DNA of 64,000 bases from Phoronis australis (lineage: Eukaryota > Animalia > Phoronida). The notes beneath the pieces were generated by a model. The model was not told the origin of the DNA, ran no database searches, and saw nothing but the letters and a program-made list of their open reading frames with translations. The stretch is taken from assembly GCA_002633005.1 (NCBI GenBank), contig NMRA01000028.1, positions 1,334,753 to 1,398,752 of the forward strand. The letters run 5' to 3'. The first letter of the stretch is position 1; each line of letters opens with the position of its first letter. The position numbers and the translations under genes are program-made. Of this stretch, positions 26,501-41,500 are shown in pieces.

Positions 26501-29500
26501 AAATTGCCATTTCAACAATTGTTTTAGCTAATAGCAACCTTTTGGAAAATGTTGTGTGCACTCAGTTGAACAGCAGTTGTGCTCAGTAGCGTATGACTGG
26601 CAGGTTTTTAAACTGGAAAGCAAAAGTTAAAGAGCTGGCAAGAATCAGATTTCCATTGCCAATATTACCCAGTTTTGCAGAACCACATCTGAGTTTCAAT
26701 CACCGCATTCAATCAGCACAAGATTGGGAAAGGTTAATGAAATAGGAATCCTTAATGTTTTGTGTAATTAATGCCAGGTAGATAACTATAGTCTACAACA
26801 TGTCACATGACTCCATCATAGTTACCTGGGCTGATGACTCAATTTCAGTCATTTGCTTGATCAACTGTTGAACCTGGGGCAGGGAGTCTCCAGCATCAGC
26901 AACTTTCTCAAGGCTCTCCAGATGGCGCTCAACAACAAACTGTACCTGAGGACAAGATGAAAAAATTTTAAATAATAATTAATAACGTTATTATTTAACC
27001 ATGCACTCACTCCTCAAGCACTCTAAAGCACAGCATTTATTACAGTTGAAGTTACAATTAACCCGCTGTATGTGGTCTATCATTATTCAAAAATTTGTTT
27101 TTGACATGAGCTTGCAGCTAGGAAACGACAAATGAAAGCGCTCCGAGGAGCGACACTTGGCAAAATTAACAGAAAAGACGACGATAGAGATGATGACAAA
27201 GATGACGAATATGACGACGATGGTGGCGATGATGAACAATTCAAGTAATGATAACATTCACAAGACGAACGTAGAGGCCAGACATCAGTAAGTATAGGCT
27301 ACAGTCTTGATCGACACTTGGCGAAATTAACTGAAAAGACAACGACGGAGATGATGACGATGGTGATGATGCTGCACAATATCACAACATTCATATGACG
27401 CACTTAGATGCCATAAATCAGTAAGAAATAGGCTACAGTCTTGTTCAATAGCAGCTAAAACGAACATCAATGCAGTAAGAGCGCTCAATAAAGGAACGTC
27501 GCTATCAGAAAATCTCAAAATAATTCAAAAAGTAGACGTCCTAGCAAAAAATGAATGATATCATCTGAAAGCCTGTTCCAAACTTATCTAAATTGATATT
27601 ATCACGCATTTCCATAAATTTTTTGAAAAAAATGTTGCGTTTTTTTAAAAGAAATTCAAAGTCAAATAACTCGAAAATGGTAAATCTGAGAGAAAAATTG
27701 GTTCCTTCGAAAGAGTATACCTCAGAGAATCCACATGCAAAAATTCATGTCATTTCCTCCTCAGGCCTTTATCCAGGATTTTGAAAATAGGGTGTCCAAA
27801 ATGGGGTTCCCAATATTCCAGGGCGTCCATGATTCCGACGCGTAACCTCCCACCCCCAGCAATACCCCCAAACACACAGATTTTTTTACAAAAAATGCAT
27901 AGATCAAGGTTTTTACATCTAAGTTTATAAAACAGCCTTCTATGGTGAGCATTTTTACTAAAAAAAACTGTAGACCAAGACTTTTACAATGCTGTCAATC
28001 AAGTGTCAAAACAGCATAATAATAATTGCAGGCGTTCTGATACATGTTGTACCAGACGTGCGCAGGCCTCGCATGTGGGCCCATTGCACTGATCACCTGG
28101 AAATATTTTTATGCTTTATTGACATATGGTTAAAACCGAGCTGAGGAGCTAGAAACCTGGCTCAAGGGTTTAGCAGTGTGACCAGGTGGGACAAAATAGC
28201 AACAATGCATATACTTTGTATATGCATTGTATATTTCTTCCTGCTTTGAAAAAAGAGCCCCACTGTGAGCCTCCAGAGGCTTCCTAGTAATCATTACAAT
28301 GTGTGAGTTCAAACTTGAAAGGTTCCTATTGACAGTGGGCGTCCAAATGATACATTGGGCGTCCTTGCCAGGGTGTCCAGATTAGTGCTAGCGTACATTT
28401 GGACGCCCAAGACGTACACTGCATAAAGGTCTGTTCCTCCTCCCGTTTAAATGGCACATCAGAACGACTGAAAATGGGTCAACATGCACCAGATCTGCCA
28501 TCTTGAAAGCAACTTCCTGTATATAATAGCATGTCATAAAAACTAATATCTGAAAAAATTCGAAAGAATTGGCCCTATAATGCGCCCTCTACAGGAGAAA
28601 ACGTTTTTTTCCGAAATCGAGGTGCGTATGCGCGAGTGCCAATATTTCCGCCATCTTTAAACAGAAATGAACAATTTCAGGTATACATGTAGTGCACATC
28701 CGTTCCAATAATTGTGCTGATTTTCAGCCCTGTACGTAAAAAATTGTAGCCTCCAGAAGCCTTTGAATCTTCAAATGAAAACAAAATGGCCGCCACAGCC
28801 GCCATCTTCGATCCGATTATGACGAAAAACAATAGGCTTCCAGACACTTCCGGAACTAAAAGTTATTTGTAAATTTCATGATGATCGGACGAAAATTGCA
28901 ACCTGTATCGAAAACAANCTGGGTAACCTTGAAGCGTCTTTGAATTTACTATATATAAAAAAGCTGACAATGAGCTGGACTTTGATATCTAGATTTGGAA
29001 ACCTCCGTGGAAACTAAACAAAATATTTGTAATGGACACGTGTAACTTTTCGCATTATAACATCACATTTTAGTGAATAAGCCTCAGAACACGGACTGCA
29101 ATACTGCCAATGGTTAAGAGCAGTACGACTTGAAATAAATGTTTCCTTCAATTAATCCTGCAAAATTCGATAGAAATCAGAATCCTACCACATTTGTGTC
29201 CCATTGTAGACATTTGTAGTAAAAATTTGCCTGAAAACAAGAATTATTTCGAGCAATTTTCACATGGGAACAGCAAGACTGAAACAGTAAAATGGTGCTT
29301 GACATCCAAACAATGCAGGTTCAAGTGCCACTCAACAGAAACTATTTTTATCCAAGCCACAGACCCTATAGTGAAAAAATGAGTGAACAATCACAGTTCT
29401 GACAATTGGAAGACAAGTACCTGCGACCAGGGCAGCAGTGTCAGGAGAAATCACTCCAGACAGTAAATGGAAACTCAAATCCCTCAACAGCAGCTTCTAC

Positions 29501-32500
29501 ACAGCACTTCAACATAGCCCCAGGACAATGTCATTTTGCCAGGCCAGTGTATATTTACCAAACATTCCTGTTTAAATCTATTGTCCACCTAAGTACAAAT
29601 TACTGACTAGTTAACCCAAGACAACTGGTCAAACTCAGGACAGGGTCCAATGCAACAAAACATACACTCCTGAATATTTAGATACTAGGTAATCCCTGTT
29701 CAGCTGAGAAATAACCTGGGGGTACTTACTCCCATACAAAAGGTACAGGAGGTGTGCTTCGGAGGTCACTTTTCAATAAGCAGCTTGCTGAAAAAAACGT
29801 TCACTTTGGGAGTGCGAAACTTTACAAAAGGTTCTTTTCTCCAAATATACAAATCTATTTCAAAAACTTACGTTGCAAACATGTGTTCATTTTTTGAAAA
29901 CATGGTATCTATTCTTGTACTGTTTCCCCCTTTTTGAGTCCACCTTTCACATGCTGTTGGTGGGTATCCTAACCAAAATTACACCTATTCAATGGTCATC
30001 TTATAAAGACATAAAGGACACACAAAATGAAATTCCAAAATGACAACTGCATGAAAACGTATGAATATAGAGTAGAGTCTGCTCATTAAGTCAAAGTAGG
30101 TATTTTGTCAAAAAATGGTGCTGTGGTTTAAAAAAGAATAATATTTATACCTTCGTATTTATATTTAAAGAGCAAAAACTTTCAAAAGGTTCTCTCGTTT
30201 ACAATTTTTGTTCTTGCCTTACCATCCAGTTTACACAACCTGTACAAAGTCAGATGAGCTTCAACACAACTTGTCCACTTCCCGATACTAAAAGCCCAGA
30301 ATAAAACATCTTTACCATATCTCTCACCTTCTTAGTAACAGCAAATTTGAGCATTTCAATGGTATACTATGGCACTCCTATGGCTGCCAAGTACTGCAGA
30401 ACATCTCACTCCTTGCTCAGTATGTCAAGAGCTGAACCAAGCCAAGTGCTAACAGTACCTGTGATGTTTATTGCACACTGCACAAGGCTAGCCGCAGATG
30501 TTTTTATCTACATGAACACCAACAAATCAAGTAGACATGGCAACCAAGCTCAAAAAACTACTACTGCAACAAACTGCAACTAGCTTTGATTACTGATGAG
30601 AACTCCAGCAGGGTTGATCTAGGTGAGCAGGTGCTTTCTGATTGATAGACTAATAATGAGAAAACACCTTAATGATTGACTCACAAATGTTTATGAACGT
30701 TGGTGTGCGTCATTTTCTGATTATTTATTAATATTTCCAATTAAGTACTCAATTTCATTGTTATGATACATTGGCAACCAATATGATAAATTTCCAATAG
30801 GTTATAAAAAGCAATCAATCTGATATTGGTAGAAATTAAACACATCATCAACATTGTCTTAACGTAAAAAGTACAAGAATAGTACAAACTTCACAAGTGA
30901 GTTCTCAGTTCAGGCAAGATCAAATTAACCACCTAAAAATTTTCCTCAATGCAATTAAAATTGCCATTTCAACAATTGTTTTAGATTAGCAACCTTTTGG
31001 AAAATGTTGTGTGCACTCAGTTGAACAGCAGTTGTGCTCAGTAGCGTATGACTGGCAGGTTTTTAAACGGGAAAGCAAAAGTTAAAGAGCTGGCAAGAAT
31101 CAGATTTCTATTGCCAATATTACCCAGTTTTGCAGATCCACCTCTGAGTTTTAATCACCGCATTCAATCAGCACAAGATTGGGAAAGGTTAATGAAATAG
31201 GAACCCTAAATGTTTTGTGTAATTAATGCCAGGTAGATAACTATAGTCTACAACATGTCACATGACTCCATCATAATTACCTGGGCTGATGACTCAATCT
31301 CAGTCATTTGCTTGATCAACTGTTGAACCTGGGGCAGGGAGTCTCCAGCATCAGCAACTTTCTCAAGGCTCTCCAGATGGCGCTCAACAACAAACTGCAC
31401 CTGAGGACAAGATGAAAAGATTTTAAATAATAATTAATAACGTTATTATTTAACCATGCACTCACTCCACAAGCACTCTAAAGCACAGCATTTATTACAG
31501 TTGAAGTTACAATTAACCAGCTGTATGTGGTCTATCATTATTCAAAAATTTGTTTTTGACATGAGCTTGCAGCTAGGAAACGACAAATGAAAGCGCTCCC
31601 AGGACTGACACTTGGCAAAATTAACAGAAAAGACGATGATAGAGATGATGACAAAGATGACGAATATGACGACGATGGTGGCGATGATGAACAATTCAAG
31701 TAATAGTAACATTCACAAGACGAACGTAGAGGCCAGACATCAGTAAGTATAGGCTACAGTCTTGATCGACACTTGGCGAAATTAACCGAAAAGACGACGA
31801 CGGAGATGATGACGATGGTGATGATGCTGCACAACATCACAACATTCATATAACGCACTTAGATGCCATAAATCTGTAAGAAATAGGCTACAGTCTTGTT
31901 CAATAGCAGCTAAAACGAACATCAATGCAGTAAGAGCGCTCAATAAAGGAACGTCGCTATCAGAAAATCTCAAATAATTCAATAAGTAGACGTCCTAGCA
32001 AAAAATGAATGATATCATCTGAAAGCCTGTTCAAAACTTATCTAAATTGATATTATCACGCACTTCCATAAATTTTTTGAAAAAAATGTTGCGTTTTTTT
32101 AAAAGAAAATCAAGTCAAATAACTCAAAAATGGTAAGCCTGAGAGAAAAATTGGTTCATTCGAAAGAGTATACCTCAGAGAATCGACATGCAAAAATTCA
32201 TGTCATTTCCACCTCAGGCCTTTATCCAGGATTTTGAAAATAGGGTGTCCAAAATGGGGTTCCTAATATTCCAGGGCATCCATGATTCCGACGCGTAACC
32301 TCCCACCCCCAGCAATACACACAGATTTTTTTTACAAAAAATGCATAGATCAAGGTTTTTACATCTAAGTTTATAAAAAAGCTTTCTATGGTGAGCATTT
32401 TTATTAAAAAAAGCTGTAGACCAAGACTTTTACAATGCTGTCAATCAAGTGTCAAAATAGCATAATAACAATTGCAGGCGGTCTGATACACGTTGTACCA

Positions 32501-35500
32501 GACGTGCGCAGGCCTCGCATGTGGGTCCATTGCACTGATCACCTGGAAATATTTTTATGCTTTATTGATATATGGTTAAAACCGAGCTGAGGAGCTAGAA
32601 ACCTGGCTCAAGGGTTTAGCAGTGTGACCACGTGGGACAAAATAGCAACAATGCATATACTTTGTATATACATTGTATATTTCTTCCTGCTTTGAAAAAA
32701 TAGCCCCCACTGTGAGCCTTCAGAGGCTTCCTAGTATTCATTACAATGTGCGAGTCCAAACTTGAAAGGCTCCTATTGACAGTGGGCGTCCAAATGATAC
32801 ATTGGGCTTCCTTGCCAGGGCGTCCTTGCCAGGGCGTCCAGATTAGTGCTAGCGTCCATTTGGACGCCCAAGACGTACACTGCATTAAGGCCTGTTCCTC
32901 CTCCCGTTTAAATGGCACATCAGAACGACTGAAAATGGGTCAACATGCGCCAGATCTGCCATCTTGAAAGCAACTTCCTGTTTTCTGACTTTATATAATA
33001 GCATGTCATAAAAAACTAATATCTGAAAAAATTCGAAAGAATTGGCCCTATAATGCGCCCTCTACAGGAAAAACGTTTTTTCACGAAATCAAGGTGCGTA
33101 CTGCGCGAGTGCCAATATTTCCGCCATCTTTAAACAGAAATGAACAATTTCAGGTATACATGTAGTGCACATCCGTTCCAATAATTGTGCCGATTTTCAG
33201 CCCTGTACATAAAAAATTGTAGCCTCCAGAAGCCTTTGAATCTTCAAATGAAAACAAAATGGCCACCACAGCCGCTATCTTCGATCCAATTATGACGAAA
33301 AACAATAGATTCCAGACACTTCCGGAACTAAGAGCTATTTGTAAATTTCATGATGATCGGACGAAAATTGCGACCTGTATCGAAAACAAACTCGATGGAA
33401 GAGCAACATGCTTGGCGAAATTTATTTCACCAAGTAACAAGCAGGTTTCAACTCTGCAGTTTTCTTATATTTTTGCTGAAAATTCAATTGTTTTACATCA
33501 CAAGAATTTTCCATCTTTACTGCAAATCTGCATCACGTGTGGTCAGCCTTCAAAACCAACTCCCCCATCAATGATGTCATACACCAGGAAATGACATCAC
33601 GACCAGTCTCCAGCATGGAGAAAAAACAGGGAACAACGAAGCAATAAATTTCAAGAGTTTTAATTACTAGGGAAATTCCACTAGAAAAATATCTCCAACT
33701 CTTTCAAAACAGTGAGGCATACAACTCATAAAACCAAGGCCAGTTTTGGAAGGGAAACAAAATACAAGCCAGTGACCACAAAAATACGTCACACAGCAGG
33801 CTAACTGCTACACCAGCCTCTTCACACTACTACATCATATACTAACCCATGTTGAAATCTGGAACTAAGCCTATGAACACAACATGTGAAGACAAATAAG
33901 AAAACGCAGCCTCAAATCCAAACAAAACATTGCATCAACTCTGAAAGAACTAAACTTTCCCAATATAAGAAAATCAACTGGGGGTAAATTGTGAAATAAA
34001 ACCATGAAACTTGATTACCGTATATCTCAGACAACAGAAATTTCCAAGCTCCACAGGATCAATATGTTCAAAAAGTCATGGCCATTTTGTATGTAAGCTT
34101 AATGTAGACCATTTGAATCAGTGAAACTTGTGCCAACTTTCCACTATGACATAAAGAAATGAATAATGTCCTCACAGTTAAAAATCACTGAATTGTTTTC
34201 AAACCTTGCTGCAGGCAAGTCAAACTCGTCATACAGCAAGGACTCAAAACAGGTTGTGTAAAACACTAATCTAATACTATGTATCCCCAGTCACAACTAA
34301 GGTTAAAAAATAAATAAAAACTGTAAGAACCTGATCAAGCATTTACCCACTCAAGATATCTACAGTGTAACTTTTCTGTTCATTTGTCAATAGACAGTCA
34401 AATGTCTATCATTCAACTGAGGCCATGCCCAGTGTGTCACAGTAGAATAAAAATACACAGTGTCCCCCCAGACACAAAAAGGCTTCCCCCACACACTATT
34501 GAAAGCCTGTTTATTAACTGCTCATATGATTCAGTGAACAAGACAGAGTTAACCTCCTTCCAGCAAATGCTTCAATGAGAGAAGCAAGCTCATTTCCATT
34601 AATTATTGAAGTTTTCAAAAATGAGTAGGAATGAAGAAATGCCAACAAAGCACTAAAGCTGCTTACTCATTAGAGTTAGTCCAGACTAGTTTGCGGTTGG
34701 AATATATTTTAGATCAGCGCGATAACCTCCGGACGAAATTGTCATCTTTCTCACTAGACTAGACTAACATTCCACCGTCCTTAAAGCTTCATCGAACCAA
34801 ACACAAGATGTTGCTATGCTGTAATACAATAGGAATCTGACAACCAGTTGCCACTTAAATTCTCATTCTGAGATTCGTTAAACTTTAAAATTATATAGTG
34901 AACAGTAAGTAGACAGAAACAGCAACAACATCGAGGGTGTGCGAAATGGCGGGAAGAACTCAGCACTTGCATGAAATGAAGGGATAAGTAATTAGTTTGG
35001 ATGATCAAGCAAAACAGTCCCGACCATATCTTTCACATCGTGCTTACGTAATCGGGCTAACTTTTGTACTATCGCTAGTCTGGTCTTTTCGAGCGTACTA
35101 ACTTTAGTATCGCACTAAATTTAGACCGGTCTAAATCACCTAGGTCTAAAATGCTTGTGGTCGAGAAAAAATGTTAGTCCACTCCACATTCCACAGTCAG
35201 TCTACAGTTTTTAGTAAAAATGCTCACTACAGAAGGCTGTTTTGTAAACTTAGACGTAAAAACCTAGGTATATGCATTCTAAAAAAATCTGTGTGTTTGG
35301 GGGGATTGCTTGGGGTGGGGGGTTATGCATTGGAATCATGGACGCCCTGGAATATTGGGAAACCCATTTGGACACCCTATTTTTGAAATCCTGGATAAAG
35401 GCCTGTCCACAGTACTAATCCCCAATGCAAAAGGTCCAAAGTTGGCAAAGTTAATTCAAGCCAGAGGGTCAAAGACATTGATTTAATACTGAATCATAAA

Positions 35501-38500
35501 AAGTGTTTTTAAATCTACAACCACCAGCAGTGTAGTGATTGTTTTGGTAAAAATTCAAAGGAATGATCACACAATCCTTCATGAAATATTTACAGCATAA
35601 TGATATGCAAAAACAGCTTGAACAATAACAAGCATCCAAAAAAGGAAGAAAACACACTTGTTAGCTTGTACAAAAACTGTTTATATCTCAACTGTCAACA
35701 AGTTCTCAAGGAAACTAGGAGCTAACAAACACTTGTATTTACTTGTGATCTCCTTCACACAGAGAGAGAGAGAGGTTATGAACTCAAGGTGCTTAGACTT
35801 GTCACAGAAGGTCTTTGACACACTATTGTTTTCCTATCCATTGAGGCACATGAGGGGGCACAAGGCTCCAGTCAGATGTCAGGTCAGACATAAACTGGCA
35901 TTATAAATGGAGAAGGGATGTGAGGAATATCACAGACTCATCTACTTCAGACTAGATTGTTTCCACTAGCTATTGATTTTTCATAAGGATGGCTAGGACA
36001 GGATGATATCAAAATAAACACCCTTCAACATACCTCCACGCCACCAAAAATTACATCCTTTCGCCAATGAAAATTACAGCCTTTCATAGTTGAAACCAAA
36101 AGAATGAAATTAAAATCCATGTACATGCTACTTCTGAGTCATCTATTCCTGATGACATAGATATTCAAAAGTCACCAATTACAACTCACTTCTTACCTAC
36201 TTTTGGCCAAATCAGGCTAATAACAAAGACATGTCTTGGAGTGCCATTTCACTCAGCATGAGTATAAAGTCTGAGTGCATTGGTAAAATTTTTGTTGCAA
36301 AGTCACAGTCCAATATCCATTCGATTCTTAATATGCAAATAACATTGAACAAGTGAATCTTGCCACTGGTACCAAAACACATTTCATTCTCAAGCATGTT
36401 ACAATTTAAATTATGAAGTACCTCCTGGACAAGTGGTCATATCTGCAAAGGTTTTAACTCAGTAAAAGTATACATTTAAAGAAACTAAAAGGCCTGTGCA
36501 ATTTTATTTTTGACTTTTTACCAATCTATTATTGATTGGGTGACCATGTTTTCTTGTGAAATTGAGCAAAAAAGGAAAGATGTGTTGATCGGAAAATGAT
36601 GGAAGCAATGACATGGCAACATAAATGTTCAAGATCAAATCTCAAAAGCACTTTACAGTTCTCAACATTATAAGTTCGTTTTCATTGCAACTTTTGAGTT
36701 TTTGTCAAAGTCATTAAAAGTCATATTTTTGTTAGCCCCTCATACCGAAGTAAACATTTTAAAAACAATTCCCAGCAGCTTGAAAAATAGGACACAGAGC
36801 ACCTGTTTCATATGAATCCAACTGGCTAGTTCTGATACGATGTTGTGAAGATATTGGCGAATTTTGGACGTTTTGTAGGATCCTACATAACCCCAGGTTG
36901 CAATGGTAGCAGCATGCCACACAAGCTTGGTGGAAGGTCCCTTGTTCAGGATGTTCACTTTCTCTCATGTGAGCACAAGGTTAATAAGGGTATACTGTGC
37001 GGGAACTTGAACCCAATCAAGCAGTGAAGGGAAAATGTGCAGAACAAGCAAGCCCAATGAAAGCCTTCTGAGGACATTCGCGAAACCTGAGGAAAAAAGA
37101 TTTGGAAAAATTTCATTTCACAAAGTAATAGATGCAGCTCAGACAAGGTGTGGAAGGACATTATAGCCACAGAGCTGAGAGTCATGGGAACCTGGCTTAG
37201 ACAAGGTGTTATGGTGGGTTAATTTAAATTACATGCTTTCAACCATGACCAGATTTTATTCTGGTTCACCACATGCAATCTCTGAGTGTATTCTTAATGC
37301 AGTATGGTTTCAAATAATTCCTGAAGCACACCATTACCAATAGAAGGTGAAATCTCACCAATCCAGGATACAATTATTATGGTCAAGGTGATTTTTTTTT
37401 CATTTACAATATTAAATCATCTCTAAACCCACCAGCGTCACAAAAATTTCGCTTTAAACCAATTCCCATGGTGAAATTAGCACTAAGAAAGAACTCCCAT
37501 TTATTCCACTAATGCTTGAGATCAGGCAACAGAACCTCGTTAGGCTACACAGTTGAATAACACTAGAACCCGTTAGGCCATACAGTTGAATAACACTAGA
37601 ACCTCGTCAGGCTAAAACAGTTGAATAACACTAGAACCTCGTTAGGCTATACAGTTGAATAACACTAGAACCTCGTTAGGCTACACAGTTGAATAACACT
37701 AGAACCTCGTCAGGCTATACAGTTGAATAAAACTAGAATCTCGTTAGAAAACATATCCTGCGAGATTCCGAGAGATATCGCCGTGTACTTTTTCAAAGAT
37801 CGTCTGCTTTTAGCTAAATTTTTCTAAGCACACGACAGCTACTGAACTCTAGCCAGTTCTACAAGTTGGCTTGTCATGGCATGTCGTGCGGTCTAAGCCC
37901 AGATTGGCCGACCTTCATCTAAAGCTGAGATCAAGTTGAGATCAGTTCTATAGTGGTATGTGGGTAAAATCAAAATTTAGTTTTGCTGACCAAACATGAG
38001 TTTTATAACTCCTAAGCTCTGAGTTGCAGCTGGCAAATAATCACCTTTAATGTCATTTTTATGAAAAATTCTCAAGTAGAAAAGAAGCCAACGATGACAA
38101 CAAATGAATGCGCCGAAACACTTCAATCTTTGCACTGGTCAATTTAACGTTTTCAAACTGACAAAAGAGGAGATTGGTAACAGCTCTTTCTCATTTGCCA
38201 CACTTGGTGTGGTCCCCTGACTTTCTAATTAGATAAAGCATACTCATGTCAGTGACCACATGTATATGATGTAAGGTGTTGTGTGAAACAACAACAGGGC
38301 ACTGTAGTGAACTCCAGGTATTTGTAATAGCAGGCATGAGGTAAGATTCACACGTAACCATGGACACATACATGTAACCATGGACACACACATGTAACCA
38401 TGGACACACATATTGCATTGCTATCCTTCCTGAACTGCACCATTTATATCATTCTTGTCAATACAAACTGTTTAATATGGTATCAAAGAAAGAGAAAATG

Positions 38501-41500
38501 CCCAACGCTTGCTCTAATTCACGTGTTCTGTATAATGAATTTTTGCATTTGATCAGGAGTTTCCTTATACCCCAACAGTAAAAAAGATTTGAAAATCAAG
38601 CACAGATTTTAATCTAGCTGAAAACAAATGTTTTGACAACATGAAATAATTTCATACAGAACTAGTAAGATAATTCAATCACATAACAGACATTAAATAT
38701 CGTAGAGTATCTTCAAATTAGAACACAATATAGCAGAACAGTAAAATTTCGTTTTATCAAACATTTCAGTATGGCTGTCATCAACAAACGTACAATGAAA
38801 TTTTGAACATTTTTGGCAATACAGTGACCATTTGAAAAATGAAATAAAGGAAATACTGGCTATTATTTTTGTTCGAATTAGAGAAATCAAAAATTCAGGA
38901 TGACATTTGGATTTTAGTATTAAATCAAACACAAATCGTTTTCATTTAAAACAAAACAAAGACAGATAGGAAAGATTGAATAATTTTTACCACAATTAAC
39001 TCACATCACAAAGACAATCTAGGAGATGAACAGACTTGTATTGTCCCATCTTTAAAATCTTTAGGCATCTGCTCAAGTATCTGTCTTCTTTCATGACCAC
39101 AACTTGACTGTGGCCAATTCTTATGTTCAATGTGGTTGAAACAAAGACCTTTCTGAGTCACTGCTTAAAACAAACTGATGTAAGAAACCCATGCCATGTT
39201 GGTATATAAAGAGGCAGAAACTAATTGGTCAACAGTGCTGACAATCATGTCAAACAGCTCTTGTTGATGGCCAAACCGCAGGAATCCAACATGCAACAGA
39301 CGACCAATGGCAACACAGGTGAAGAGACATCTGGTGGTAATATGCGTGCTACACCATACTACTGATTTGCAAGAGTCAAGTCATCTGAAGTCAGTGTCAC
39401 CATTCCACACAAAACAACTAATACAGACATATTTTTAAAAAATTGTCTGAGATTCAAATTTTATGCAAGTGTGTCTTTTTAAAAGCTTTGTTGCCAAATA
39501 CATGTTTTTTACTTCAAAACATGAAATTAAAAATTCCTCAAAGAAACGTTTCATCAGTGACCCTGGCCAAGCTCTGCTGAGTACTTAAAATCCCTCTTCA
39601 ATAAATAAATTTCTTTCACTTCGAACATAAAACACTTTTCAAAAAAAATTGTGATTGAAAGTTAGAACTAAAAAATAAATTTCTATTCCCTAAACTTGGG
39701 TTCAAAGTTCACTGCAGGTATAACTGTTCCTCTCATAGTATGCCACTGCACAAGGCTTTTACAGTCATTTATAAGAAGGATAGACAGTGTCTTGTTTATT
39801 TCTGGCAGGAGGGATGAGGTTTAACATAGGAAATGTGTCACAGATGACTTGATCAGAAGAGGACCAGTGAATCATTGAAATTGGACACCTGAAAGTGTAC
39901 CACAGAAATGAATAACTAAAATGTACTCTAGCAATCCAAGTATTCATTGAATTATCAATCATATATGAAATCTACATATCAAACAATAATGTAGATAATA
40001 ATGAAGACTTTTCATGAGTGTGTTAGACAGACAACAGTGACAATGGTGCCTTACCAAGACACAGAAAAATTTATACCTTCAAAAGAGTTTGGGACCATGA
40101 TGTCAGAACAAAAACAATATGAGGACAACACAACACAACAAGATATTTCAGTTTAACGATGCCGGAAATTATGAGACACCGTTCTAATAGGAAAATGACA
40201 TACATACTTAAACTCACCTACGTATACCTCGTCAGCCCGCAGGCAATGTCACCTTTCCTTCAAGAGGAAGGGAGGGCGTCCCCATCTCCCTGATTACATC
40301 TACATGAGGATACATGTTCATGCTTGTAAAGCTGAAGTTATTAATCGGGCAAGTCGTTTCTTCTATCATGGACTCAAAGGTGACGAGTCAAGTGGGGACA
40401 CAGAACAAATGAGAAATGAAATTTTATTATTTTGATTCTTCATAAAATAAATGCCTCATAAGTTTCTTAAACCAAGCAATTCCTTCATTGTTTCAAGTTC
40501 ACCACAGCTATCAACAGACAATACTGCGAGAAATTGTAGGAAATCACAAGAGTGCTAAGAACCTTTATAATAGAAAAAGGGTTAATTTTGGCAATTATCT
40601 TTGTCAGATATAGGTAGGATATTATCATACCATAAAAAATGCACTCAATCATAGTTTCCACTTTACCACACCCACATAAACAGCACACCTGAACAGATCA
40701 GTGCACATTACCTGGAATGTTAACTTTTCATAGAAAGTTACCACAGCCAAGGGATAGCAGCGTTCCTGACATATCCAAGAGTTTACACACAAAGCAAAAG
40801 TGGGTGCATAGCAACTCAGGATAACCTAATCAGTGGCCAAATGGTCTGGAATGATGTGTTCTTGATGTATGGCCTATGGCACTAATATAGACGTCTGGAG
40901 TTGTCAATTTGTTATGGAGGGCGTATATGTCTTCACCCATTAATACCCAACTCTTGCTTGTTTAGGAGTACTGCTCAATGAGAAAGCTTAACTTTAGGAC
41001 TTTTGAGTTTAAAATAGCCTCTGCAACTCCTCTAACAACAGGTGGATTAATGTTGCACAACTCTGCAGCAGTGGGAACTGGGAAACCTTGACTGGAGAGT
41101 AATATCCAACTATGCCATCTGGTGTTTAAACCAGAAAGCAAACGGTTACTACGATGATGCTAGCTAGAAGTAAATACGGTCGCGAAGAAGGAGTTCCAAA
41201 TCTAGTAGACCAGAATTTTCCTAACCATAATGGGAAAGTGACAGTAGAACTATGGTGGCCCTGTTGACAAAAGTGGCACCAGGACTCTCTCCTCTCACTG
41301 TCACTGTGTTATCACACGGATTAGTTATACGGTGAAAATTGATCACTACAATATTTTCTCAAGTTGGCTCAAACAGTCATATCAACTTCACTTAGAGAGA
41401 GGGAGGGAGGGAGGGAGGGAGNGAGAGATTTCTACCAGTAGGAATACCCAAAATATACTACAGTTACCTGTAAATCTTACCGATTTAGGACACAGTATGG

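Larger units (their letters stand above)
24471..33389. repeat. Tandem duplication of about 4.45 kb (24471..28917 and 28919..33389) joined by a single N at 28918
   Basis: The copies are collinear end to end with scattered SNPs and small indels; the ORF track also repeats (25296/29752, 27327/31782). Confidence 0.97.

Noticed and set aside
27327-27518. His-rich ORFs (also 31782..31982)
   Set aside because: They are translations of (GAT/GAC)n low-complexity repeat inside a repetitive element.
37531-37747. 34-bp repeats resembling a CRISPR array
   Set aside because: Units are contiguous with no unique spacers, there are no cas genes, and the context is a eukaryotic intron; it is a minisatellite.
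41397-41428. GGGA/GA run with an N at 41422 (and a poly-C run with an N at 59011)
   Set aside because: Simple repeats at ambiguous bases or contig joins; an assembly feature whose true length is unknown.
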